A DNA stretch of 64,000 nt from Camelus dromedarius (Eukaryota). The stretch spans positions 31,498,001-31,562,000 of the forward strand of contig NC_087436.1 in assembly GCF_036321535.1 (NCBI RefSeq), read 5' to 3'. Of this stretch, positions 1 to 13,230 are shown piece after piece (positions within the stretch are counted from its first letter, which is position 1; each line of letters begins with the position of its first letter). Under the pieces are notes generated by a model. The model saw only the letters and a program-made list of their open reading frames with translations. It ran no database searches and was not told the DNA's origin. A program made the translations under genes and the position numbers.

Positions 1-345
1 TGCATGTCTGTACACTAACAATGAACTAATATAAAGAGAAATTAAGAAAAAAAACCCATTTACAATCACAACACTTATATGTAGAATATAAAAATAAATA
101 AATAAACAAGCAAACAAAACAAAACAAAACAAACACTTAGATACAGATAACAGACTGGTGGTTTTCAGAGGGAAAGGGTGGTGGGGGAAGACCAAATGGG
201 TAAAGGGGGTCCATGTATGGTGACAGATGGAAACTAGACTTTTGGAGTTGAGCATGCTATAGTGTATGCAGAAGTATAATTATAATGTTGTATAAATTAA
301 ATTTATATAATGTTATAAATCAATGTTACCTCAATTTTTTTTTAA
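1..345 (+). mobile_element. L1 fragments (ORF2 remnant and 3' UTR end)
   Basis: acagactggtggtt...gggtaaagggggt...aatgttacctcaat, typical of an L1 3' end. Confidence 0.7.
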
Positions 346-661
346 TGTGCAAAATAGTACCTGAACACTAATGGGGGGGGGGGTGCTGGAGGGATGCCAT
401 GGCTTGGAATTGCTCTGTTCCTCTTAGAGACCAAGTTTCAAGAAGAGAAAATGTAGACATGGTAGGTAATACATGCCTGGCACTCCTGCAGCTTTCTGTG
501 CTGTGGACTACAATGATTCACAGGCACATCACAGCATCTGTCTACCTACGGTGTGGCTACTGTTTGCTAAGCATGTACCACTTATTCTGGAAGAAAGATA
601 TATACACCATATCTGAACTATCAGAGAGTCTCAGGATGACATTAATTGTCAAAAATATAAA

Positions 662-1180
662 ACACAGATGACTGGATAAAGAAGTTGTGGTATATTTATA
701 CAACGGAATACTAGTCAGCCATAAAAATGAATAAAATAATTCCATTTGTAGCAACATGGATGGACCTGGAGATCATAATTCCAAGTAAGTAAGACAGAAA
801 GAGAAAGAAAAATACTATATGATATCACTCATATGTGGAATCTAAAAAAAAGAAAAAAAGATGACACCAAAGAACTCATCTACAAAACAGAAACAGACTC
901 ACAGACAAAGTAAATAATCTTATGGTTACCAGTGGAAAGGGAGTGGAAAGGGATAAGTTTCAGAGTTTGAGATTTGTAAATGATAACTGCTTTATATAAA
1001 AACAGATTAAAAAAACAAATTTCTTCTGTATAGCACAGGGAACTTATATTCAATATCTGTAATAATCTTTAATGAAAAAGAATATGAAAATGAATATATG
1101 TATACATATGCATGACTGGGACATTATGCTGTGCACCAGAAACTAACACATTGGAACTGATTATACATCAATTTTAAAAA
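662..1180 (+). mobile_element. L1 3' end (camelid-type), followed by (TA)n/(TATG)n
   Basis: gcaacatggatggacctggag...ctgtatagcacagggaac...gcatgactgggacattatgctgt. Confidence 0.85.
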
Positions 1181-2432
1181 ATATATATATATAAATGTGT
1201 GTGTATGTATGTATGTATGTATATATATACATAAAACAGTTGTCTCACTCTGCTTATTCATATGTTTTCTCTTAGAACCTAGAGTCTTCCAGGGACAGAA
1301 ATTGTGAGACACTTCTTAGGATTACCGAATGTGTGGTCTTAAAAGGTGAATGCAAATTCCAAAAGTTTTAAATTTAAGGTCAAGGTGTGCCTAAACCACT
1401 TGGGAAACCTGGCTCAATCTGTATTATCATTATTCACCATACCACTTTATGCTTGGTCTGTCTTGAAGTTTTCTTCTGAAGTACAGGCAAAGTTTCTGTC
1501 ATTAGGGGGCTACTGTTGTGTGAAGTCAGCAAGTGCAATTCACTTCAAAATATGCATTAAAGGCATTATATTTCCATTCAGTAATTGCAGTAAGCTATAA
1601 AACCCTGGCCTAACAGGTTCAAGGAGAATACTGTAGTGGTATTTATAAGACCTACTTGCTATGACAGCCTTATGTAAACACGCTCTCAAGTAAATGTTCA
1701 TTTCATAGTGACTTCTGCTATCAATACTTCTGGTAACTTAGTTACCAGAAACTGTCAATACACCCTTCACTTCACATGTTCTTAAGTGACATGTTCCACT
1801 TCTCTAGCTTGTTATTTATTCGTTAGCTTCATTGATTTAAATTCCTTCTCTGCTTCTACTTATATGTCTAGAGGAGAATGATATTAGCACAGACTTTGTG
1901 ACAAAGCTGCAATGAACAGCTTAAAGTGATCACTACTGGATCTCTCTGTAAGGTTGAGGGAAAATGGAAGGATATAAGTACATCAAGATGTGTTTGCCAC
2001 TATTCCTAATTTACACAAACCAATTGCCATGAATGTAATTTTTAAATTCAGCTAATATTTTCTTTTTAGATAATAAAGAACCCGTAATCCTGTCATTTAA
2101 CAAACATTTCTTAGTCCCTACTATGAGCTCACAACAGTATTAGGGATGGAAAGATAAATAGGGCATGCTCTTTGTTCACAGCCTAGTGGGGTAAAGAGAA
2201 TTTTTTTAAAAAATCACACTACAATGTAGTGAGTACCAAAGTAAACATTTGAATATTTCAGGTTGAATTTTTTGTTTTTGCTATATATAATAACAATTTC
2301 TTTCTAAGAGGAGCCTATAAAACAAAAGTTCTTGATGGGATCTGGTAGGCAAGTTTAAAAGAACATCAAGTGTTCAACTGCTTTGCAGAAGTGAGGAAGA
2401 AGAATTTGACAATTCAGGAAGGAAGTCTAGGA

Positions 2433-2751
2433 CAGCACAGTCCAGTAGAAATATAATGTGAGCCACATATATAATTTTCAAGCTTCTGGTGGCTACATTT
2501 AAAAAAAAAAACAAGAAAAAGGTGAAATTAATTTTAATAATATACTTTAACTCAATATACCCAAAACATTGTCATTTCAATACATCAAAATTTTAAAAAT
2601 TACTACCATGATATTTTACATTCTTTTTTCAAAGTCTTCAAATTCTGGTTTGTATTTTACATTTACAGCACATCTGATCCCAAACTAGCTACATTTCAAA
2701 TGCTCTAGAGCCACCACAGGTGGTCAGTGACTGGCGTATCTGACAGCACAG
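2433..2751. mobile_element. MER33-like hAT/Charlie MITE
   Basis: cagcacagtccag...gacagcacag ends, with 8-bp nTCTAGnn TSD-like flanks gtctagga and atctagca. Confidence 0.75.
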
Positions 2752-3364
2752 ATCTAGCAGGTAAGCGAAGACGGGAGTAACCAATGAGAGGGCAGAAGCT
2801 GTGCACTGTGTAATACAATCTTTCCCATAACCTCCCAGTCTTCAGTTAAGGATCCCATACTCACAGATAACTTGGTGTGAGGGATTTGCATTGCAGAAAA
2901 TGATGAAGCTAAATTTCACAAAAGTACTGATGTGGTGTGGGTCAAATGTGCAACAGTATGTTTGAAGACAAGGAGACCTGAAAGGGTGTGAATGTGTAGC
3001 TGAAGAAGTGAGGAGTTATCAAGAGATGAAGCCAGACAGATGGGCTAGGGTGAGAATGGAAAGGACTCTGTGTACCATGCAAAGGGATTTGGTTTTGTGT
3101 TGAACACAGTAAGGAACTATGGAGTGTGTTTGAAAGAGGTGATTAGACAGGCTTATTGACCCTGGCTAGTTATCAACAAAGGGAAGAAAATTTCAGGCTG
3201 TTGAAAAACAGGACATTTTCTCTTATCCCATAGCTGGCTCCTTGGTTCCAAGGACACAGCCATACAACAGGATGTTTTATGTTCTACAACTGCTGCATCA
3301 ATCCCAAGGACATACCCCCGTATCTCTTTCTTTTTTCTCTTTCCCACCGAATTTTCTGTTTTAG

Positions 3365-3718
3365 GGCTGAGCTACCCAGGAGGAAAAAGCTGTAAGGGAA
3401 GATGATGCGCACCACAGGAATGAAGATGATGGGAATGAAGACAATGATTGCAGAGCCTTCCAATAAAGACCCCGCGCCGGATCAGGGACGGGATCTGTCT
3501 CGACTTGACTGAAGGCTCCCCGCTCAAGCATTTTCTTTTCTGCTTTTTTTTTTCTCCTTTCTTCTCTAAACAATAGAGCAGGGTTTTTTGTTTTTTGCGT
3601 TTTTTTCCACTTTGTCCTTCTGCCTCTGCTGAGAATTCTTTCTCAACTGGTAGGCAAGGACTCACACATTTGTTGGGCTTGCCCACATATTTGGTGGTGT
3701 TTCCAATTTGGGGGTCTC
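3365..3718 (+). mobile_element. ERV1-type LTR R/U5-like fragment with degenerate PBS-like tail
   Basis: AATAAA at 3462, CpG-rich ...tctcgacttgact..., U5-like gctgagaattctttctc, ending gcccaca then tttgg/tttggggg. Confidence 0.4.
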
Positions 3719-3744
3719 TCTATCCACTAATATGCTTATGCCTG

Positions 3745-4580
3745 AGAATATATGATCAGATTTCTGTGTGTCTTCACTTGGATGTCCCACAGGCACTTCA
3801 AATTCAACGTGATCAAAATTTAACTCATCATTGAACCATTCCTTCAAACCTGCCATTTCTAATTCCTCCCACTCTTTTATCCGCCCCACCCCTACCCCCT
3901 GTGCCTACCTCCTAATGTCCTGCAAGGCTAACTACTTTTCCCACTTTTCATTTCCCTAACCCTGTTTCAGGTCATTACCATCTCCCAACTAAATGATTGC
4001 AACTGGACTCCCTCTTCAAACTTGATGAATTTCAGTCCATTCCCTACAGAAATATAAAGTTTTCTAAAACGCAAAGTATATCATGAAGTTTCTTGTTTGT
4101 TTCCTGCTTTTCTTAGAAGAAATTCCCAATCTCCTAAATTTGGTTTAGAAGGTGCTAAGTGATCTGGCTCTTGATTACTTCTTCAGCTTTACTTCAACCA
4201 GTTTTGTTCTCAGGTTCAGGTTCAGCTATACTGAACTTTACTTACAGTTCATCAAATGTGCCCACCACTTCAGAGCCTTTGGTGGGTGCTGTGTCTTCTG
4301 TATGGAACATATTCCCTAACATTGTGGTCTCTATATACATGACCTTGTAGGAAGTCTCTCCAATTGTCTCCAGGTGTAAGTTAGATTGCCCTCCTATATG
4401 GCTCTCTAGTACCCTGTATTTCTCCTATCATTAACTCATCACATAACACATTATGTTCGCAGTAAACTAATTTCTCCACTAACACAAAGGGTAACCATGT
4501 CTTTTTCTCAGTGGTACCTCCAAGTCATACCATATCTGTCACAGATTGAGTATTCAGGAAATGTCTGTTGGTTGATTGAT
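3745..4580 (+). mobile_element. L2 3' portion
   Basis: cacttggatgtcccacaggcacttcaaattcaac ... aaatgtctgttggttgattgat end. Confidence 0.65.
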
Positions 4581-6043
4581 TTATATCAATAGATTGGAGG
4601 CTTTGAGAGATCAGAAGAAGGTATCAAGTTAGATTACTGTGACAGTCTATATTATAATAGATGTTGAAAGCCTAAAAAAGGCAGGAGGACTGATAATATT
4701 TGGGGGATGACTATAATATACTGAAAAATATTTAGTAAAGTATACTGTAAAATATGAGTAACGTATACTAAAATTTACTTTAGAAAGTAAAATTGATATG
4801 ACTTGGTAACTAACTGGATGTAGGAGGCAAGAGAAAAGAGTTAAGGATGATTTCCAGTTTTAAATCTTAATGGTTAGTGATGCCAATAAAAGAAGCAACA
4901 CAAAAGAAATCAGCAAGCTTGTGTGTAGAATAGGTACAATAAGAGTGTAGAGGAAAAATGAGGTCAATTTTTAGTTTCAGGGAAATGTAGGACATACATC
5001 CAACTGCTGACTGAGAATCTCCTACTGGAAGTAAAGCTCCACAAGTTCAGGAAAGAAGTAGGATGAAGAAAAAATTTTGAAAGTCATTGATCTATTGATC
5101 ATAGCTGAAGTCATGGGAATGGATAAAATTATGAAGCAAGAGTATGTGGAGTGAAAAGAGAAAGAATGAAAATGGCACCTGAAGAGCATCAGTTTTAAAG
5201 ATGAGGCTAAAGAATGGAAGCCATAGTACCTCTGGCCAAAAATGGCAAACTGAACACACTCATCTACATTCTCCCCATCCAATCCACACTAAAATAAGGA
5301 TATAGATATTTTTACTTAAAAGTATAACTCATAAGGACAGGCATAACAGGAGTGTGATGAGAAGAAAAGAGCATACAATTTTGTAAGGATTTCAAACATT
5401 TGGACAAATGGTAAATAATTTAGCAAGCTGGAAAAAAAGAAATAGAAAACACCAAAATTTTATCCAGCATTAAGGGTGGCCAAGAACTAAGCCAATTAAT
5501 GTAACATCATCCCACAAGGATCAGTAAGACCTGGCAGCAGTATACACTTCAGAAAGTTGCAGTAATTCTCTCACATATTCAGTGCTTCCATGTAATTTTT
5601 TAGTTTTCAACTCTTAAGTATGAGCAGACAACCAAGTATTACCAACAACAGAGAATTTCTACTATGAAATACAAAAATTGAAACAGACAATTAAACGAAG
5701 GTTGGAGGAGACTGGTTTTGCAGGAAAAAAATCTCCAAAGAAAATTCATATTAATAACCTTAGGCAGAAAATAAATAAAACGCTGCAACCATGTACAAGG
5801 AACAGGATAACATTTTTTTTAAAAGGACATTCTAAGAACAAAAAGAGGGGTAAATTCCTAGAAGATTAGAACACTGACAGTAGAAATAATTAAAAAGATA
5901 AGTTTGAAGAGAAATTTAGAGACTTGTCTAGAAAGTTGGACAAAAAGATAAAAAGATTAAATAAAGATAAGAAAAGTGCCAGTGTGGTCAAGAAGTTATA
6001 CTAACACAAACAGTACAGAGAAAAGAGAGAAGGGACAACCATT

Positions 6044-6572
6044 TGTATGTTTACCATGGCTGCTGTAACAAAGCACCATAAACCTGGTGGCTTAAAATTA
6101 CATAAATGTCATCTCTTTCAGTGCTGTACTGGAGATTAGAAGACTGAAATCAGTGTCATTGGGTTAACATCAAGGTGTTGGCAAGGCTGGTTCCTTCTGG
6201 AGGCTCTAGGGAAGAATTCATTTCCTGCGTTTTCTTGCTTGTAGAAATCACTTGTATTTCTTGCCATGTAGTTTCCTTCCTCCATCCTCAAAGTACATTA
6301 CTCTGAACCTTGTTTCTGTCATCATGTGGCCTTCGCTCTTACTCTGACTCCTTCTGTAAACCTATTATAAAGGACCACTATGATTACATCTGGCCTAGCC
6401 AGATAATCCAGGATAATTTTCCTATCTCAAGATAATTAACTTGACCACATCTGCAAAGTCCTTTTTGACATAGACGGTACGACTTACATGTTCCAGATAT
6501 TAGGATACGGAAATCTTGGAGGTAAAGGGAGTGGTGAGGAGAACCAGAGAGAGCATTATTCAGCCAACCACA
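6044..6572 (-). mobile_element. MLT1 (MaLR) solo LTR
   Basis: TG...CA ends; gctgctgtaacaaa, gttccttctggaggctctagg, ataatccaggataat, cacatctgcaaag motifs. Confidence 0.8.
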
Positions 6573-6819
6573 CTGTTAATGAAATAAACCATGAAAACTT
6601 CCTGCAACTGAAGGATCTGAATTTGGAGATTAAATATACACATTACTTCCCAGCACATTAATGAAAACAGAGACACAATAAAGCACAATGTAGTGAAATT
6701 TTAAAATATCAGAAACATATGAAAATCCTATAGGCTACAGTGTAAACCATAATTACGTAATTCTTCTCAAGAGCACATTGGACATTAGAAAGCATTGGGC
6801 TTTTGCACCATAAACAAAA

Positions 6820-7880
6820 CAAGAACGGGAGAAAATATTTGCAAATGATGCAACTGACAAGAGCTTAATTTCCAGAATATACAAATAGCTCACACAACTT
6901 AATAACAAAAAAAAAAAAAAAAAAAAAAACAACCTAATCCAAAAATGGGCAGAAGACTTAAGCAATTCTTCAGTGAAGACATACAAATGGCCAACAGGCA
7001 CATGAAAAAATGCTCAGTATTGCTAATTATCAGAGAAATGAAAATCAAAACTACAATGAGGTATCACCTTACACCAGTAAGAATGGCCATCATTCAGAAG
7101 ACTACAAATGCTGGTTAGGGTATGGAGAAAAGAGAACCCTCCTACACTGCTGATGAGAATGTAGTTTGGTGCAGCAATTATGGAAAATATTATGGAGATT
7201 CCTCAAAAAACTAAAAACAGATTTACCACATGATCTAGCAATCCTCCTCCTTGGCACATATCCAGAGAGAACTCTAATTCAAAAAGATATATGTACCCCA
7301 ATGTTCATAGCAGCACTATATACAGTAGCCAAGACATGGAAGCAACTTAAATGTCCACCAACAGATGACTGGATATATATATATATATGCAATGGAATAC
7401 TACTCAGCTGTGAAAAAGAATAAAATAATGCCATTTGCAGCAACATGGATGGACCTGAAGATCATCATTCTAAGTGAAGTAAGCTAGAGAAGGAAAGAAA
7501 AAAACCATATCGTATTTTTGTATGTGGAATCTAAAAAAAAAACAAAACCATAAATGAACTTATTTACAAAACAGAAACAGATTCACAGACATAGAGAACA
7601 AACTTATGGTTTTCCAGGGGGGAAAGGGTGTGGGAAGGGACAAATTGAGAGTTAAAAATTTGCAGATACTAACTACTATATATAAAATAGATAAACAACA
7701 AGCTTCTTCTGTATAGCACAGGGAACTATAGTTAATATCTTATAGTAACCTATAATGAAAAAGAACATAGAAAGGAATATATGTATGTATATGTATGATT
7801 GAAACATTATGCTGTACACCAGCAATTGACATACTGTAAACTGACTATACTTCAACTAAAAAAATTTTTTTAATTAAAAA
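6820..7880 (+). mobile_element. 5'-truncated L1 (ORF2 C-terminus plus 3' UTR)
   Basis: ORF 7166-7423 translates to the L1 ORF2p C-terminus (WRFLKKLK...CTPMFIAAL..AKTWKQ.KCP), followed by 3' UTR and A tail. Confidence 0.9.
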
Positions 7881-8089
7881 CATAAAAATTGAGAGAAAAA
7901 AGAAACAGTTTATTGAGCATCTATAGTATGTTAGGCACTGTGCTAAGTACTGGGGAGACTACAGACATGGTAAAGGCTTCCGAAAAAAAAAAAAAGAAGA
8001 GGAAGAAAGAAAGAAAAAAGGCAATGGAAAGGAATTATTTCCAACCTAGTATTCCATAACTAACCAAACTACTATATAAGTGTCAAGTT

Positions 8090-9270
8090 AGTAACCCTGA
8101 TATCCATACCTGACAAAGATATGGCAAGAAATGAAAAGTTAAAGGGCAATATTTCTCATAAATTAAATACTCCTAAATGAAATATTAGCAAATCAAATAC
8201 AGCAATATAGAAATAGGATAAGATATTAACACCAAGTAGAATGCAAGTAGAATGCAATTTAACTCCTAGAATGCAAGGTTAGTTGAACATTTGAATGTAA
8301 TCACAACCAATGTAAATTACCACATTAAAGGAGAAAAACCATTTATCAATGAATTAAGAAGAAGCAATTGATAAAATTCAACATCTATTCATGATAAAGA
8401 CTCTTAGCAAACTAGCAATACAAAAGAACCTTCTCAATCTAATAATGCATTGTTTTGTTTTGTTTTGTTTTTTCTGGTGGACATTGGTAAGCTGATTTTA
8501 AAATTTATATGAAGATGTAGAGGACCCTGAATAGCCAAGACAACCTTAAAGAAGAATTAAGCTAGACGTACACTTCCAGATGTCAAAACTTACTACAAAT
8601 CTATAGCAATCAAGGCTATGTTGATGACGTAAGGATAAGTAAATAGATCAATAGGTCAGAACAGAGTTTAGAAAGAGATCTACACGTAGACAGTCATCTG
8701 ATTTACTCAAAGGTGTCACTGCAGTTTGGTGGGGTACACAATGTTTTTCTCAATAAAGGATGCTGGAGATAGGGTACTCATACGGGAAAAAATGAACCTT
8801 GATCCATACTTTACATCTATTCAAATAATTAATTCAAGTAGATCATAAACCTAAATTTAAATGTGAATATTTTAAAGCTTCTAGGAGAAAATATAATATT
8901 TTGTGATTTATTCATACAATGTAATATTAAGTACCAAAAAATTATAAAACATTGGTAAACTCAGTAATATGAATGAGTATCAAAAACATATGGAGTGAAA
9001 AAAACATAAATGCAAAAAAGCACACACTATATGATTCTATGTTTATGAGGTTCAAAAGGGCAAAATTAATCCAAGTCATAGTAGTCAGAATAATGGTAAC
9101 TCCCTAAGAGTGACTATTGACTAGGATCGGGCACTAAGAAACCTTTTGACTGATGGAAATGTTCTGTATCTTCATTTGGGTGGTGTATACAGGTATATAC
9201 ATATTTTAAAAACCGTACATTTAAGATTTGTGCAACTTACTATATATAAATTTTACCTTGATAAAATTTG
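8090..9270 (+). mobile_element. Old degenerate L1 ORF2 and 3' end fragments
   Basis: gataaaattcaacat..ttcatgataaa, aatagccaagacaa, cttactacaa..ctatag.aatcaag, gatggaaatgttctgtatctt. Confidence 0.65.
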
Positions 9271-12200
9271 AAAGGCTTAATTGATATTTCAGGGTAGAAT
9301 AAAAACATTTTTAGAGATGGAAAGTCACAAATATGCTTTCTGTGAAAGCTATTCGAGGGTGTACTCTACAAAATGAGAGAATACCAACAATGAGAAAGAC
9401 GTGGGATAGAAAAAAAAAAGGATATCAAACCAAGAAGAGAAAGTAAAGGATCCCCAGCATAAGGATAAATAAATCCCAGAGTGTCAGCTGTACCCCAGAT
9501 ATGGAGGGAGAACAGCACAAATTGGAGCAAGCTCTGAGAGAAATGAGTCCAAAAAGATTAATTTAATAGAATGCCTGGTACATCTGAATATATAGAGACG
9601 AGGCTTAGACAACTGCAGAGAATCTGTGGTTTCATTAACGAAAGGTACGTAGAAAAACAGAAACAATAAGACAGCTTATTTTTCCCCTGAGAAAACCATA
9701 AATTATATAGGAAAAATAATACAAACATAGTTTACTACTTAACTTGGCTCTTTGAAAAGCACTTGCATGGTTATAATCACATGTTCACTAAATATCTCAA
9801 CAACCATAATATAATAAAAAACAGGTTAAATAATCAGCTAAAGGGTGAAAGGGGTCCCTCTGGGATGGAGAGAATGGCAGAAGCTTGTCTGGAGACTGAT
9901 GTTTTTGTAGTAAACCTGGCAGCGTATTTTAATTTCTTAAGTGATGCGCATAAACAATTTTCTCTTAAATAAAATTTTCAAAGTTTTCAAAGACAGAATG
10001 AGAGGGATGCAAAAGAGATTAAGAGGTGATCAGTCAGGAGATGAACTTCAGAAGGACTAATGGTTAGACTGAGTGATAGATTGCTGCTGATCATGGTCTA
10101 GATGGAATATCCCAAGGTTTTCAAATTAGGTTTTCAATGCTATACCCTTGCATTTTAAATCGGTCATTTTTCAGAACAAGACCACTTTTGTTTTTGAAAA
10201 CATCCTTTTTTAAAATGCAAAATGCTTTAAATAATTTGTGAAGCATTCTGTCAGCATTTTATGCTTGCTGGGAAAAGAAATTTTCTTCTCTCTTCCTGTT
10301 ATTGCTCTCTCTCAACACATTCAGTAGAGAATTTATTACTTATGAAAGCAGATGACATTCCTTAAGAGTTTTCAGGAATTATAAACAATTACAGGAAAGA
10401 AAAGTGTTTCCTTCCCCAAAAGGCAATAATGATGGAATCCACTATTGAATATGCCAGCGAGATCATAGAGTTTAGAGAGCAAGCTCAGTGTTTTCACCTT
10501 TATTCCAGCTGATAGAAGATGATGCAGTATTCTATTATCCACAATGACAAGTGATTTATTGGGATACTTTCTTTTCTTCCAAACTGTTTTAAACCATTGT
10601 TTTTTCCTCCAATTGCACTGATTTTTCATCTTAGTGCATGTACGGGCTATAAACATTTGAGAGATCATTTTTTTTAAAAAAAAAACCAACAACAACATTC
10701 TCAGCTCTTAAAGACACTCACTTTGTTAATGCTAAGCCACAAATGGAGGTTTAGCTTGTTGCATGCCCAAACAGCTTTTATTTAGGCAGACTTTTTTAGT
10801 AGCCTTGTCTAAAAGTAACCAAAGGCTAGAAAGTTCCTAACATTTTCCCCAAAATTGGCTTTCTAAAATCTTCTTTTAGGAAAAGGCTTTGTGTGAGGAG
10901 CCAGATATTCTTGCTAAGAGAGAAAATTACTTTAAAATAGGCTTCCCAAACATTTAAGGCTGTAGGGAGCAGATTAAAGGTTGATAGTGGGACTGTGATG
11001 ATTATGTATGCACCATTTTTCAGGCTTGAAATCCAGATGTGCATTTTCCTTGCCCTCAAGGGAGGTGAGATTGTCTGTCTTATGGTAATTGTTTAGAAAA
11101 CCAACAGACAAACAGTTTTACTGAAGTTTTGAAATAAGAACAAAATATTTAAGAACCTTTCCTCCTAATGTTCTTCTCCAATGGAGAGAAAGACTCGTAC
11201 TTCAGGTCACTGCTTAGAGTGGCAGATTATTATTTAGTTTTCAGGTAGGGAGTCGGTGGGGAGTACTAGAATGCTGAGTCAAATGGTGCTTTGCAACATT
11301 GAGATCTTTTTGACAAATTGCCCAGATTTCATGGTTAATGAGCCATTGTTATCTGTGTTCTGTAGATGTACAAAATGAAAATTCTGAAAGACTAAAGACT
11401 GCCACTCAAGTGCATTTTCCATTATTGATTGCCACTTGTAATTTTGTTACATACTAAAACTTAGACCTGTGTATGCATGAAATGGGGCAAAATTTTAAAG
11501 GAAGAGTGTATTATTAAAGATAACAATCACTATAGTTTCAGGTTGCTTTTTGTTTTAAAACATATCATCTAGCAAGAGGGAACCTTAGATTAGGTAACAA
11601 AAGAATTGGATTCTGACTACAGAGTGATTTGAGTAAGTTACTTAATCTTTGTGCATCTATAGCTTTATCACCTGTCAAAAAATAAAGTGAAAAAATGAAG
11701 AGACATTAAAAATTCTTCTAACTCCAAAAATGTTTGGTTTTATTTTCAAAATACCATGATTTCCATGGGATGCTAGTCTATGATATTATCTGTTTAGAAT
11801 ATTAAAAGATTTTATCTATATTTTAATAATTTTATCCACTTGTTTTTAATATTAATCTTTTGATTTGATTTTAAAAATCACACTCAGAAGATATTGGGAA
11901 AATTTGTTGTGCACAGGCCAATGTCATAACTTTTTGTTTGATATTAAAATTATGATATTAAGATGCTGTCATTAGTCGTTTTAATTAATATTATGAAATA
12001 TTTTAGCTATATTTTAAAGTATACATGTAATAAAACATCTACCATATGTTATAACAATTTACTATGTTCAAGATGGAGCTGCTCCTACCTGGGGTGCCAA
12101 GTCAGCAAACCAAAACTTAGGAACCTTCTTATCCTTATAAATGTTCCACTTGACCAGAAACGCAGTATAACCAATCAGCCAATCCCCAAACATTAAGCCA

Positions 12201-12329
12201 GCTCTGGGCTCTATAGTTATTTTCTTCCACCTTCTCACCCCAATTAAAGTTGATTATGTGGCCCAGTCAGTATTTTCTAATTTTCTTTTCCTTGTTCTTT
12301 TTTCTTTATCCTATAACAACTTCCTGCTT

Positions 12330-13230
12330 TCCACCCCATTTGGCATTTCTCCAAATGAAGACCGTCTGCTTCACAAAGTGTTAAAAGTTCATTTGTATTA
12401 CCTAAATTGTCTCCTTTAAGCATTTTTTTTAACACATTCAATTTAAGAAAAAATTCCACTCATCTCCCTTTCTCTCTCAAAAGAGCCATTATCCTAAAGT
12501 TGGTGTTTATCATTTCTAATTATGTTCTTATAAGTTTACTACATAAACTCTGTATAAACTTATTGTGTATACAAAAAGTGTCATCTTGCATTGTTTATTC
12601 TTTATAACAGAGTAGCATACTGTATTTATGCTATATATACATGCAAGGTTATATTTTTGATATTATCTACATTGATTTAGCTATAACTCATAATTTTAAT
12701 TTTCTATTTTAATGAATTAATGTGAAAAATTGCTTATTTATTCTCCTGTGGATAGGTATTTGTTTCCAATTTTTGAAATAATATTTCAATAAATATCCAT
12801 ATATATGTGTATGTATATATATACATACACATATATATATACCTCCTGCACATATGTAAGGAAGTGTCCCTAGATTATATATGTAGGAGTGGAATTACTG
12901 AGTTCTAAGGTTATGTACATCTTTGAGTTTGTGCCTCCAATTGCTCTCCAAAGTGATTATACTAATTTATACTTTCATCTACAGTATTTACAGTATCCTA
13001 TGATGTACAGAAAAATTTTATTTAAATTAGTCAGTCCTTTTTATGCTTCTTGGGTCTTGTTTAAAGAAACTATATATAACATGAGGTCAAAAATATTTTT
13101 CTCTATATTTTCTTCTAAAAAGTTTAGTTTCACATTTCATATTTGAGTCTTTAATCCATCTGGAATTGATTTTTGTTTACATAATAATCTATGGATTCAT
13201 TTTTATTTCCATATGAATAACCAACTGACT
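12330..13230 (-). mobile_element. Old L1 (L1M-type) 3' fragment
   Basis: ggagtggaattactgagt, ctctccaaagtg, tttaatccatctggaattgattttt. Confidence 0.6.

Noticed and set aside
3153..3889. Cluster of overlapping ORFs on both strands
   Set aside because: Explained by low-complexity T-runs, LTR-like sequence and L2; no coherent protein.
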